DNA of 64,000 bases from a candidate division WOR-3 bacterium. GTDB lineage: Bacteria; Hydrothermota; Hydrothermia; LBFQ01. Shown piece by piece: positions 20,255-29,216 of the stretch. How positions within the stretch are numbered: position 1 is the stretch's first letter; each line of letters opens with the position of its first letter. The stretch spans positions 1 through 64,000 of the forward strand of contig JBDRWW010000004.1 of NCBI GenBank assembly GCA_039802605.1, given 5' to 3'. The translations under genes were made by a program, and so were the position numbers. Below the pieces are notes generated by a model. It was not told where the DNA came from. It was given only the letters and a program-made list of their open reading frames with translations, and did not search any database.

Positions 20255-21115
20255 TTAATTTCCAACCCTATCTGGAACTTTTATGACCTTATAATTTTTT
20301 ATAACCCGTGGTTTTAATATAACTTTCGCAAGTCTTAGGGTTATATCGTTTAAACTACCCGTGGAATTTTCAACAACTATACCAAACTTACCATCCGACA
20401 AACGGAAACCATAACACCCCCTATAAACCATTTTTATTTCCCTTATAGGCCTTATATTGTAATTCCTAAAATCCTCATAATCCAAAAGGAACACATTCAA
20501 ACCCCCACCCCTTCTTGTTTCCTTACAAATATTAAACCTTATATCCCTACGCTCTAAAAAATTATCACCCCACAGAAACCTTAACGAATCGTCATAACCC
20601 GTTGGGGCAATCCAGAGAATATATTCGCCATATTTATCATTTTGGAAAACCGGCTCCCCATCAAATAGGGCGCCGTAAAATGAGTTGGAAAATGGAGGTA
20701 TTATTATCCTCCACTTTTTATACATTACAACCACGGTATCCCATAGCGTATCCTCGTAATAAACCCTTTTTTCCTTAAAGACCACACGGGAATTGAAGCT
20801 TTTATAAGCGCTATCCCCGTTAAACCTAAGGATTTTAAACTTGACCCTATTCCTTTCCCACAATCCTAATTGTAGGAATGTCAGGAAAAACGGCTCTACG
20901 GTATCCGATCGTATGGTCCATGATATGTTTTTAACATACACTTCGGACAATATGGGTTTTTGATCGTATTTGCCGAGATATATACCATCCAATTCCCTTT
21001 CGGCCTCAAGGGTTATACTTATACTGTCCCCGGGGGCGGCAAAAAAGTAAAATGTATAGGTCTTGGGTATCCAAAAAAAGGAGAAAATGCCTATTACCGT
21101 ATCAACTATAACCAA
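20255..21115 (-). CDS. Hypothetical protein
   Basis: 286-codon ORF overlapping the thpR end; no recognised motif. Confidence 0.55.
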   Translation of the reverse strand: MVIVDTVIGIFSFFWIPKTYTFYFFAAPGDSISITLEAERELDGIYLGKYDQKPILSEVYVKNISWTIRSDTVEPFFLTFLQLGLWERNRVKFKILRFNGDSAYKSFNSRVVFKEKRVYYEDTLWDTVVVMYKKWRIIIPPFSNSFYGALFDGEPVFQNDKYGEYILWIAPTGYDDSLRFLWGDNFLERRDIRFNICKETRRGGGLNVFLLDYEDFRNYNIRPIREIKMVYRGCYGFRLSDGKFGIVVENSTGSLNDITLRLAKVILKPRVIKNYKVIKVPDRVGN

Positions 21116-21629
21116 GTTTCAAAACTTTTAAGGGTTTGTATATGGCATTGGGTTTTGCCAATATACTTTGATATACCACGACTTCGCCCGCAATAAAGGT
21201 TTCCCTTTTTATTTTAAAACCCTCAACATTTACGGGCTTTCCCGTTCTGGCTATCGTAATGTGGGGGACAAAGGGTTTATCCCTTGGAGGCAAACCCAGG
21301 CTATCAACTATGCCATCAACCCTTTTGCTCAATTCTATAAGCATCTTTTCTTCCTCAACCCCTACCCAGATAACCCTTGCGCCAAACTCCGTTGGAAAAC
21401 CGCCAATTGAGTTAAATGTTAGGGTAAAGGATTTACCCAGATCCCCTATTGAATCCAAAAGGTTAGCGCATTCCCTATCGCCGATGTCCCCAATAAACCT
21501 AAGGGTTATGTGGAGATTTTCCTTTGGAACGGGTTTTATAAATGGGTATTTTTTATAAATCTCCTTCGCGGCATCGTAAATAACCCTTTTTGCATCCTCG
21601 GGAATATTTAGTGCTATAAAAACCCTCAT
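21102..21629 (-). CDS. thpR: RNA 2',3'-cyclic phosphodiesterase (2'-5' RNA ligase)
   Basis: MRVFIAL start; two HxT motifs (HITL, PHITIAR); RVIWVG. Confidence 0.9.
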   Translation of the reverse strand: MRVFIALNIPEDAKRVIYDAAKEIYKKYPFIKPVPKENLHITLRFIGDIGDRECANLLDSIGDLGKSFTLTFNSIGGFPTEFGARVIWVGVEEEKMLIELSKRVDGIVDSLGLPPRDKPFVPHITIARTGKPVNVEGFKIKRETFIAGEVVVYQSILAKPNAIYKPLKVLKLGYS

Positions 21630-22054
21630 ATTATCTTGGGTGAGAAGACGATTAAACTGTAAATCATAAATATTGCAACCAAAACCATAACCAAACCCGC
21701 AATTATCCGCTGCCTATTTAATGAAGTTGTATATGGATATACGGGTTTTGATGGCCTGCCCAGAAAGAAACCCAACTCCGTAAATATTAACCTCAAACCG
21801 TTTAAACCGTGGATTGCTATTCCCACAACCAATATCCACTCTAAGAAATGTATGATCGGACCTTCCGCCACCTTACTCATGGCCCTTTCCCAAGCCTCGG
21901 GTCCGAAGGTGCGGGAACTAGTAACGATTATGTGCAATGGAAGGTAAAGGGCCAAGCCTACCCCTGTAATCCTATGCAGGGCAAAAAGGTATGCTTCAAT
22001 GTTATACCTCCCTCCAAACAGCCACCTTATTAATCCTCTTCTCTTGTTTAACAT
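21626..22054 (-). CDS. sdhC: Succinate dehydrogenase cytochrome b556 subunit
   Basis: LHRITGVGL and HGLNGLRLI motifs; 3 TM segments. Confidence 0.8.
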   Translation of the reverse strand: MLNKRRGLIRWLFGGRYNIEAYLFALHRITGVGLALYLPLHIIVTSSRTFGPEAWERAMSKVAEGPIIHFLEWILVVGIAIHGLNGLRLIFTELGFFLGRPSKPVYPYTTSLNRQRIIAGLVMVLVAIFMIYSLIVFSPKII

Positions 22055-22120
22055 AGGCTATTATTCTAAGGTTGTGATATTCCCCATTTGGGAACTTTTC
22101 CGCTTTAAAATACCTTCCTC

Positions 22121-22205
22121 GCCGGGGTGGCGGAATCGGCAGACGCAGGGGACTTAAAATCCTCTGGGGCTAATCCCCGTGCGGGTTCGAGTCCCGCCCC
22201 CGGCA
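22121..22205 (+). tRNA. tRNA-Leu(TAA), CCA not encoded
   Basis: GCCGGGG/CCCCGGC acceptor stem, GGGGA-CTTAAAA-TCCTC anticodon arm, long variable arm, GGTTCGAGTCC T-arm, A discriminator. Confidence 0.95.
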
Positions 22206-22206
22206 T

Positions 22207-22467
22207 TTGTTTAAAAAACCCCCTTTGTTTTATGCTTTCCTTTTTATTATTGGTTTTATCATGGGGGAAATCCTCGCAAATTCCTTACACACCCTATTGC
22301 CCAAAAGCGGAGCCTTGGAATTTATCACGGAAACCGTAATCGTAGGTTTTGAAAGCATAAAACTGGACCTATATTTTCTTTTAATAAACCTCGGTTTAAA
22401 GCTTAGGGTTTCCGTACTGGGGATCCTTATGGCCTTGGTTTTTATAGTAATTGGGAGGTTTTTATGA
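22207..22467 (+). CDS. Small membrane protein, DUF4321-like
   Basis: IIGFIMGEIL and LDLYFLLINLGLKLRVSVLGIL patterns; TTG start. Confidence 0.65.
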   Translation: MFKKPPLFYAFLFIIGFIMGEILANSLHTLLPKSGALEFITETVIVGFESIKLDLYFLLINLGLKLRVSVLGILMALVFIVIGRFL

Positions 22468-23117
22468 TAGCGCAAATAGGAGGGGATAGGTTTGAAGTGG
22501 TTGAAAGCGAGGATAGGATTGATTTAAGTAAAAGGGGTTTAAGCGGGTGGATAGTTTTACACCCCGAGGAATTGATATATATAAACTATTTGGGCAAAAG
22601 GGTTCCCTTTTGTGGAAATGCGACAAGGGTTGTTGGATATATAAACGCAAAGGGTAGGGGATTAAAGGAATATACCGTTTATGCAAATGGTCCTAAGAGG
22701 GTTTTTATAAACGGCGATATTGTCGGAATAGAGGTTGATGTTGATTATGAAAACTTTGGAGAGTTTTCCATTGTTAAACTTGAGGGGGTTTCTCATATAG
22801 TATTTTACAAGAAAAACGGAGAATTGCCGGTGAAGGTTTTGGCCGAGGGTTTTCAAAAGGTTCTTGAAGGATACCATGTAAATTATTACTACAACTATGA
22901 GAACTACCTTTTTGTTAGGACATGGGAATACGGTTATATTTATGAACCCGGCGGATGCGCAACCGGGGGGTTGTCCTGCGGGGTTGATTGGATAATGAGA
23001 AGGGGTTTAAGCGGTGTTGTTATAAAAACCCTTTCGGGGGATTACGGTAGGGTTTTTATAAAGGGGGAAAAGTTTGTACTTGAGAACAAAATATTCATAA
23101 GTAGGATGCCAGCATGA
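22464..23117 (+). CDS. Divergent diaminopimelate epimerase (DapF)-like protein
   Basis: PFCGNATR and RTWEYG...GGCATG correspond to the two catalytic Cys motifs; the N-terminal HGxGNDF motif is absent. Confidence 0.6.
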   Translation: MIAQIGGDRFEVVESEDRIDLSKRGLSGWIVLHPEELIYINYLGKRVPFCGNATRVVGYINAKGRGLKEYTVYANGPKRVFINGDIVGIEVDVDYENFGEFSIVKLEGVSHIVFYKKNGELPVKVLAEGFQKVLEGYHVNYYYNYENYLFVRTWEYGYIYEPGGCATGGLSCGVDWIMRRGLSGVVIKTLSGDYGRVFIKGEKFVLENKIFISRMPA

Positions 23118-23934
23118 TGTTTAAAAGCCTTGAAACCGTTTTCTTCATATCCCTCCTATCAACCACCATATCAACCTGCCCGTGCTCTAATTGAAACTCA
23201 CTCCTCTGAAAACCCTCAGGCAATTCCTGTCTTATGGTTTGCTGTATTACCCTTGGTCCCGCAAAGCCTATTAAGGCTCCGGGTTCCGCTATTATAACAT
23301 CGCCAAGGGCGGCAAAACTCGCCATAACACCACCCATTGTTGGGTCACATAGTATTGTAATATACGGGATCCCCGCTTTTTCCATTTTTATAACGGCAAC
23401 GGTGGTTTTTGCCATTTGCATCAGTGAGAATATACCCTCGTGCATCCTTGCCCCACCTCCGGAGAAGAGTACGGATATAAAGGGCATCCTACTCTTTACC
23501 GCATGATCGGCTGCCCTATAAAACTTTTCTCCAAAGACGCTACCCATAGAACCCCCTAAGAAACCGAAATCCGTAAAAAAGGCCGTAACCTTTATCCCGT
23601 CAATGTGCCCTATTCCCGCAACGCTACTGTCGTTTATACCATACAGCTTTCTGTATTGTTCCAATTTTTGCTTATATCCCGGAAATTCCAAGGGGTCGGT
23701 TGCAATTAGTTCTCCGCCTATCTCTTTTTCAATGCCGTTATCCAAAAGAATTTTTGCATATTCGTATGCGCTTATCCTGAAATGATAAGAGCATTTTGGG
23801 CAAACCTTTGATGTTTTTTCAAGTTCTATGTTCGGAATTATGGATTGGCATGAGGGACACTTAACCCAGAAATCATCGGGTATCTCTAAACTTTTTTGTC
23901 TCTTTGGAGGTGTTTTCTTGGGTCTGAAAAACAT
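23095..23934 (-). CDS. accD: Acetyl-CoA carboxylase carboxyltransferase beta subunit
   Basis: WVKCPSC...VCPKC zinc finger, GGSMGSV, GGARMHEG, IGFAGPRVI. Confidence 0.95.
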   Translation of the reverse strand: MFFRPKKTPPKRQKSLEIPDDFWVKCPSCQSIIPNIELEKTSKVCPKCSYHFRISAYEYAKILLDNGIEKEIGGELIATDPLEFPGYKQKLEQYRKLYGINDSSVAGIGHIDGIKVTAFFTDFGFLGGSMGSVFGEKFYRAADHAVKSRMPFISVLFSGGGARMHEGIFSLMQMAKTTVAVIKMEKAGIPYITILCDPTMGGVMASFAALGDVIIAEPGALIGFAGPRVIQQTIRQELPEGFQRSEFQLEHGQVDMVVDRRDMKKTVSRLLNIMLASYL

Positions 23935-23935
23935 G

Positions 23936-25129
23936 TTAACAAACCGCTATGTTTTCAAATACTATTTTCTCCCACAATCTCGGGATCTCGTTGACCTTCG
24001 CAAGGGCCAAATCCTCCATATCCCTTAAGGTATTTTCACCATAATCCCCCCAAACCTTTAAATGCACCAATTGTGGTTGATTTACGGGTTTCCCTATTTG
24101 TGAAACCAAATAAACATACACCTGTTCCACGCCTTCAAACCCTTCGTATATCTCTCGTGCTATAATGTTTGCCATAATGTTATAGAGTTTCCCCACATGA
24201 GAAACGGGATTTTTACCCGCTGCCGCCTCTAAGGTCATAGGCCTGTAAGGGGTTATCAATCCGTTTACCCTATTTCCCCTTCCCACCTGACCGTCATCAC
24301 CCGCCTCGGCACTAGTCCCCGTTACGGTAATATATACGGATCCGTTTTCCTCATCGTCGGCCGTATTTATTGATACATCTATTTTCCCATCGGAAACTAT
24401 ATCCCCTATAAGGCTTAACACATCATCCCTTATAGCCCCCTTCAATTCCAAGTAGTCCTTTAAACTGGAAACATACCTATCCACGAATGCCAAAGCAACC
24501 GTAATGTTATAAGTAGAACCGTTTCTAACCACCATAACCTTTATATCCTCACCCACGGCTGGATACTTCCGCTTGTATTCCTTTGAGTTTAAGAACTTTT
24601 CAACACTTAGGGCTATTTTTTCGGCATTTGAAAACGGATAGAATCCAACACCGAAGGATGTATCGTTTGATAGGGGTACCTGCCCGTTTCTATCAAAAAG
24701 GTCTACAAGGTCTATGCTTCCGGGTTTTGCCCTCAATTCAATTTCCAGGTGTTTATCCGGGTTAAGATTTGGGATGTTTTCTTTTATCCAATCCTCAACT
24801 GTATTGTAAAAGATTTCTTTAACCTTTGGGGTTATATCCAAACCCTTGTATGAGTAGGTTAGTCTCCCAACAAGGGAAAAATATATCGGCTCTAAGACCT
24901 TACCACCCCCGAATTTTGGTTCTGCCCTACCTCCAACGAGTATGGCCTTATCAACATTGTGGTGTAGGATTCTCCCAAATGTTTCGTAATACAGTTTTGA
25001 AAGGTTTTTACTGAACTCTTCGGATAAGGAATCGCATATCGTATCCGGATGCCCTATCCCTTTCCTCTCAACTATCTCAAAGCCGTCTTCCTGCCATTTC
25101 CCCATCTTTTCTACCTTAACCATTTTCAA
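23936..25129 (-). CDS. mat: Methionine adenosyltransferase, archaeal type
   Basis: EIVERKGIGHPDTICD, SNDTSFGVG, GEDIKVM, TGTSAEAGDDGQVGRGNR, GKNPVSHVGKLYN. Confidence 0.9.
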   Translation of the reverse strand: MKMVKVEKMGKWQEDGFEIVERKGIGHPDTICDSLSEEFSKNLSKLYYETFGRILHHNVDKAILVGGRAEPKFGGGKVLEPIYFSLVGRLTYSYKGLDITPKVKEIFYNTVEDWIKENIPNLNPDKHLEIELRAKPGSIDLVDLFDRNGQVPLSNDTSFGVGFYPFSNAEKIALSVEKFLNSKEYKRKYPAVGEDIKVMVVRNGSTYNITVALAFVDRYVSSLKDYLELKGAIRDDVLSLIGDIVSDGKIDVSINTADDEENGSVYITVTGTSAEAGDDGQVGRGNRVNGLITPYRPMTLEAAAGKNPVSHVGKLYNIMANIIAREIYEGFEGVEQVYVYLVSQIGKPVNQPQLVHLKVWGDYGENTLRDMEDLALAKVNEIPRLWEKIVFENIAVC

Positions 25130-25148
25130 ACGGTTATTCTAAGGTTGT

Positions 25149-25174
25149 AAAAAAAGAGGGGGGCAAGGCCCCCC
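25149..25174 (-). terminator. Rho-independent terminator
   Basis: Minus strand GGGGGGC-CTT-GCCCCCC followed by TC and a T7 run, just after the 25183 stop. Confidence 0.8.
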
Positions 25175-25182
25175 AATGCCTT

Positions 25183-27978
25183 TTATCTCCTGATGAACTT
25201 GTATGTCTCTTTGCCAACTTTAACGATATACACACCTTTGGGGAGATTGGAAAGGTTAATGGTATTATTCCCCGCCCTAAGTTGGTATTCCGCAAACCTT
25301 GAACCGTTTAAGGAGTATATGGTTAAGGTTATGTCATAAGGGGTATTAATTGTGATGCCTTCTTTGCCGATATTCACATAATGCTTTTGTGCGCCCTCGC
25401 TAACCGCTAAATCGTCATCCCCTCCAAGGAGCGGACAAGGCCCCCATGTAGTTATATGACAGGAGAAATCACCCACGGAGAAACCGATTTCGGAGGAAGA
25501 AAGCCTTATGATTATCACCTCGGAGGTTATTGAGTAGGGTGTTGTTCCAAATGTTCCCAATATACCCATGGTTTGCCCATTAACTGCCCTTACATTATAG
25601 TTTGAGTACGGGACGAGGGCATCAAGATAACCGTCATTATTAAAATCAAACAAGCTGGGCGGAAAGCCGGTTCCATAATACCCGCTAACCCCAAGACCGG
25701 ATGTCTGACCCAAAAGTGTCCCGTTTGTTCCCCTATATACCATCAACTCACCACCGGATACAATCCAAACATCTTCAAGACCATCCCTATCCTTATCGCC
25801 CAAAGCAACCGGCGAAGCATTCGTTAACCCCGTTACACTCCAAACACTTGTCCAACTTGAACCCATCCACCTATAAACCGTTACAGATGTTGATGTGGGA
25901 ACGACTATTTCATCGGAACCGGTACCGTCCAAATTACCCGTTGCTATGGTATAATCCGGCCATATATTCACCGTGCTCGGAACACCGGCGGAAAACGAGG
26001 AATGAAAGGAACCCGTGGAGGCGCTGAGTATATAAATCTGTCCATTTGTTAATGGGTAAGCCACATACCAATTGCCGCTTATATTTAACAGTGCGGGCGC
26101 AAAGGCGGAGGCTGGAAGCGTATATGTCCAATTCGTCGTATAACTCGTCGCGCATCCGTTTACGCTCACGGCGGTATTACCAAAAGATGTAAATACCTCC
26201 GGGCAGCCATCTGCATTTATATCCGCTATTAAAGGCGAAGCATCCCTCGCGTCCGGTTTATCGTATGTATATACCGTTGCCCCAGTTGTTAGGTTCAAAA
26301 CCCCAAAATAGGAATAACCGTTTGAGAAAACGTATCTTTCCGATGCGGCAACCGAGGCTATACCGGGAGATGTGTAATAATCGTTTAAAGCATCGTCCCA
26401 TATCGGTGTACCCGTGTTCCCATCAAAAGCCGCCACCCCATAACCAGAACTCTTTTGAGCGGCTATTATGTCGTGATCCGCATCGGCATTAACCCTTGTT
26501 GCTATTATGCTTATGTCTATCGACCCGTGCACAACATCGTATAATTCGCCTGGTGATGAACATACGCCCCTTAAGGGAGACCTTCCGGTTCTCCTGTAAT
26601 CGTGTCTATACTGTTTCCAATCCTCCGCCGCCGGCGAATAATCTGCCGGTGGTTCCTTCCACCATTTTGTGGCTTTGTTGTTCCCTATGCTTTGGGTATT
26701 ATAGGAATATTGTAAGCCAATTGTCCCCGTTGAATTCTCTATACCTATGGTTGCATCACCCCCGTAATCGGCATAACTTACCCCAAGTTGGGCGCTCTGA
26801 TAAACCATCTTAAACGAATCCGCGCCGGGAGCACCGGAATTGTATAAGATTATTTCAAATCTCCCCGGATATGTGCTCGCACCAAATCTCCCAACATATC
26901 TCCACTCTATAACAAAATAGCTCCCACCGTTATAGTAGTATATCCCTCCCGAAGAACTTATTACAAGGTCATCCCACATTACGGCTATTATGTTGTTCGG
27001 AGCAGAAGTGTTGGGGATTGACGAGTTTGAAAAGTAAGACGATGGATATCCCGTTCCCATACCTATCCAACCGTTTGATGAAACCGTAATTGTTGTATAA
27101 GAACTTCCGTAAAAGTCAAAGGCAAAGGGTAGGGTTATGGTCCAAGTTGCATCATCGGCACCTGGCGAACCCGCTAAAAGGTTTGTACCGTTTATCCAAG
27201 AGTAAGAAACACACTGCCATTGGTATCCAAAGGCGTCTGGCCCTCCCGATGCTATGCACCTTCCGCTGGGATCCTTTCTCCATTCAACCGTCCAAGTCGG
27301 GCTAAAAGCCGTTATGGTAGGGGATGTACCGGTTACCCTACTCCCGGTATAACCAAGACCTATTGTACCCGTTGAATTCTCTATACCTATGCTGGCATCC
27401 AGAGGTGATATTGAATTGTTGTTATACGAAAACCTTATTATGTTTTCTCCTCCCGACATCTGTTCGTAGATTATTATTTCAAACACGGCATTTCCACTTC
27501 CCGCAAATCTCCTAACATTTCTCCATTCAATTACAAACTTTCTGTTAGGGGACGAGCCGTATGTTGCTGTATATATACCGTCTTGGACGACCAAATCATC
27601 CCACAAAACCGCCAATAAATTGTTTGGATCCGAGGAATTCGGTATAGATGTGTTTGAAAGATATGAGGAGGTATAAGGGTTAAAACTCGCCCAACCGTTT
27701 GTCGATACGGTTATGCTTGTATATGTATTTCCGTAAAAGGTTACCGGAAATGGCAAAGAAATAGTGAATACACAATCATCACAAGCGGAGCCCGATATAA
27801 TGCTTGTTCCATTCAGCCATTCGTAGGCCACGCCGTCATCCCATATATAACCATAAGCGTCGGGACCACCTATTGCTAAGGGTTGCACTTCCCTTTGCCC
27901 CGTTTCCTTTTTTACCAAGGGATCCTTAAAAGGACCTTTTATCTCAACTGCACCACTTCCCACAAGTATCCAGATCAT
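25183..27978 (-). CDS. Secreted T9SS cargo: two tandem nidogen-like domains, PQQ/FG-GAP beta-propeller and C-terminal sorting domain
   Basis: Repeated GGPDA(Y/F)GY...LPF...FYG...SNGW...WDDL...IGIENSTG; DINADG, NLDGTG and DFNNDGYLD repeats; CTD IYSLNGS...LPKGVYIVKV. Confidence 0.75.
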   Translation of the reverse strand: MIWILVGSGAVEIKGPFKDPLVKKETGQREVQPLAIGGPDAYGYIWDDGVAYEWLNGTSIISGSACDDCVFTISLPFPVTFYGNTYTSITVSTNGWASFNPYTSSYLSNTSIPNSSDPNNLLAVLWDDLVVQDGIYTATYGSSPNRKFVIEWRNVRRFAGSGNAVFEIIIYEQMSGGENIIRFSYNNNSISPLDASIGIENSTGTIGLGYTGSRVTGTSPTITAFSPTWTVEWRKDPSGRCIASGGPDAFGYQWQCVSYSWINGTNLLAGSPGADDATWTITLPFAFDFYGSSYTTITVSSNGWIGMGTGYPSSYFSNSSIPNTSAPNNIIAVMWDDLVISSSGGIYYYNGGSYFVIEWRYVGRFGASTYPGRFEIILYNSGAPGADSFKMVYQSAQLGVSYADYGGDATIGIENSTGTIGLQYSYNTQSIGNNKATKWWKEPPADYSPAAEDWKQYRHDYRRTGRSPLRGVCSSPGELYDVVHGSIDISIIATRVNADADHDIIAAQKSSGYGVAAFDGNTGTPIWDDALNDYYTSPGIASVAASERYVFSNGYSYFGVLNLTTGATVYTYDKPDARDASPLIADINADGCPEVFTSFGNTAVSVNGCATSYTTNWTYTLPASAFAPALLNISGNWYVAYPLTNGQIYILSASTGSFHSSFSAGVPSTVNIWPDYTIATGNLDGTGSDEIVVPTSTSVTVYRWMGSSWTSVWSVTGLTNASPVALGDKDRDGLEDVWIVSGGELMVYRGTNGTLLGQTSGLGVSGYYGTGFPPSLFDFNNDGYLDALVPYSNYNVRAVNGQTMGILGTFGTTPYSITSEVIIIRLSSSEIGFSVGDFSCHITTWGPCPLLGGDDDLAVSEGAQKHYVNIGKEGITINTPYDITLTIYSLNGSRFAEYQLRAGNNTINLSNLPKGVYIVKVGKETYKFIRR
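26650..27870 (-). repeat. Intragenic duplication of an approximately 200-aa domain
   Basis: Two homologous domains; shared DNA ttgt(c/a)cccgttgaattctctatacctatg near 26721 and 27363. Confidence 0.75.
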
Positions 27979-27983
27979 AGTGC

Positions 27984-29216
27984 TTATATTCTAAGACTGA
28001 AAAGTTTGTTTTTGTCAAGTCGTAGAATTTCACCCCATAATGCCCCAGAATCCCTATCCCCCACAACTTTAACCTTAACTATTTCCCCCTTTAAACCCTC
28101 ATCCCCTTCAAACATAACCTTTATATAGTTCTCGGAAAACCCCACGGCAACGCCATTGTTAACATACTCCACCAAAACATTTAAAACCTTACCCAAAAAC
28201 TTCCTCCTATATTCCCCCTTTTTAACCTTTATGAGCTCCTGAATCCTCTTCACCCTTTCCTTCCTAATATCTGCGGGGAGTTCGCCGAGTTTATAAGCCT
28301 CCGTCCCTTCCCTAGGCGAGTATTCAAAGGCGTGTATATAGGCAAAGGGGTATTTTCTTATTAGGTCAAGGGTTTGCTCAAAATCCTCATCGGTTTCCGT
28401 TGGGAAAGCAACTATGATATCCGTTCCTATCGCAACATCCGGAATTTTTGAGTATATCCTGTTTAAGACATCCTCATAAACCTCACGGGTATAAGGCCTT
28501 TTCATATCCCTTAAAACCTTGTTTGAACCGGATTGAGCGGATATATGAAAGTGCGGGCATAGGTTTTCCCTGCTAGCAAAGAGATCAACGAGTTCATCCG
28601 TTATATGTGTGGGTTCAATTGAGGAAAGCCTAAACCTAACTTCCGGAAATTTTTCGGATAAAATCCCTATTAAATTGGATAAACTTCCACCCCATTCCTT
28701 ACCCCAATCCCCTATCTGTGTACCGGTTAGTACTATTTCTTTCGTGTTCTTGGCCAATGCCTCCGCGTCTTGTAATATCCTATCCAATGGCAAGCTTCTG
28801 GATTTTCCCCTTGAAAACCTAATGGAGCAATATGTGCATTCAAAATCGCACCCCTCCTGAACCTTTAAAACCCCCCTGGTTCTGGTCAAGGATATTAGTG
28901 TCGGGGTTTCCTTAATACCAAAGAATTCCAAAACGCTTTCAACCGAACCCGAAAAATCCGCCTCTTCATAAGGCCTCAATTTTGCCGCACAACCCGTGTA
29001 AATTACATTCTTGCCCAACCCTTTGTATTTCCTAACCGCCCTCCTGCTCTCCCTCTCGGCCTTATGCGTAACCGCACAGGAATTAACTATAACTATATCC
29101 GCGTCTTCGGGATTTTCAACGAATTTATATCCCTTCCTTAATAAGGCACTTTTTATATACTCGCTGTCGTAATAGTTTGTTCTACAACCAAAGGTTTCAA
29201 CAAAAACCCTCTTCAT
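27984..29216 (-). CDS. mtaB: tRNA methylthiotransferase (MiaB/MtaB family, most like MtaB)
   Basis: TFGCRTN, NSCAVT, radical SAM KVQEGCDFECTYC, RLSSIEP, C-terminal TRAM-like domain. Confidence 0.85.
   Translation of the reverse strand: MKRVFVETFGCRTNYYDSEYIKSALLRKGYKFVENPEDADIVIVNSCAVTHKAERESRRAVRKYKGLGKNVIYTGCAAKLRPYEEADFSGSVESVLEFFGIKETPTLISLTRTRGVLKVQEGCDFECTYCSIRFSRGKSRSLPLDRILQDAEALAKNTKEIVLTGTQIGDWGKEWGGSLSNLIGILSEKFPEVRFRLSSIEPTHITDELVDLFASRENLCPHFHISAQSGSNKVLRDMKRPYTREVYEDVLNRIYSKIPDVAIGTDIIVAFPTETDEDFEQTLDLIRKYPFAYIHAFEYSPREGTEAYKLGELPADIRKERVKRIQELIKVKKGEYRRKFLGKVLNVLVEYVNNGVAVGFSENYIKVMFEGDEGLKGEIVKVKVVGDRDSGALWGEILRLDKNKLFSLRI

Noticed and set aside
22127..22339. 70-aa ORF
   Set aside because: Overlaps tRNA-Leu and is out of frame with the plausible 22207 gene.
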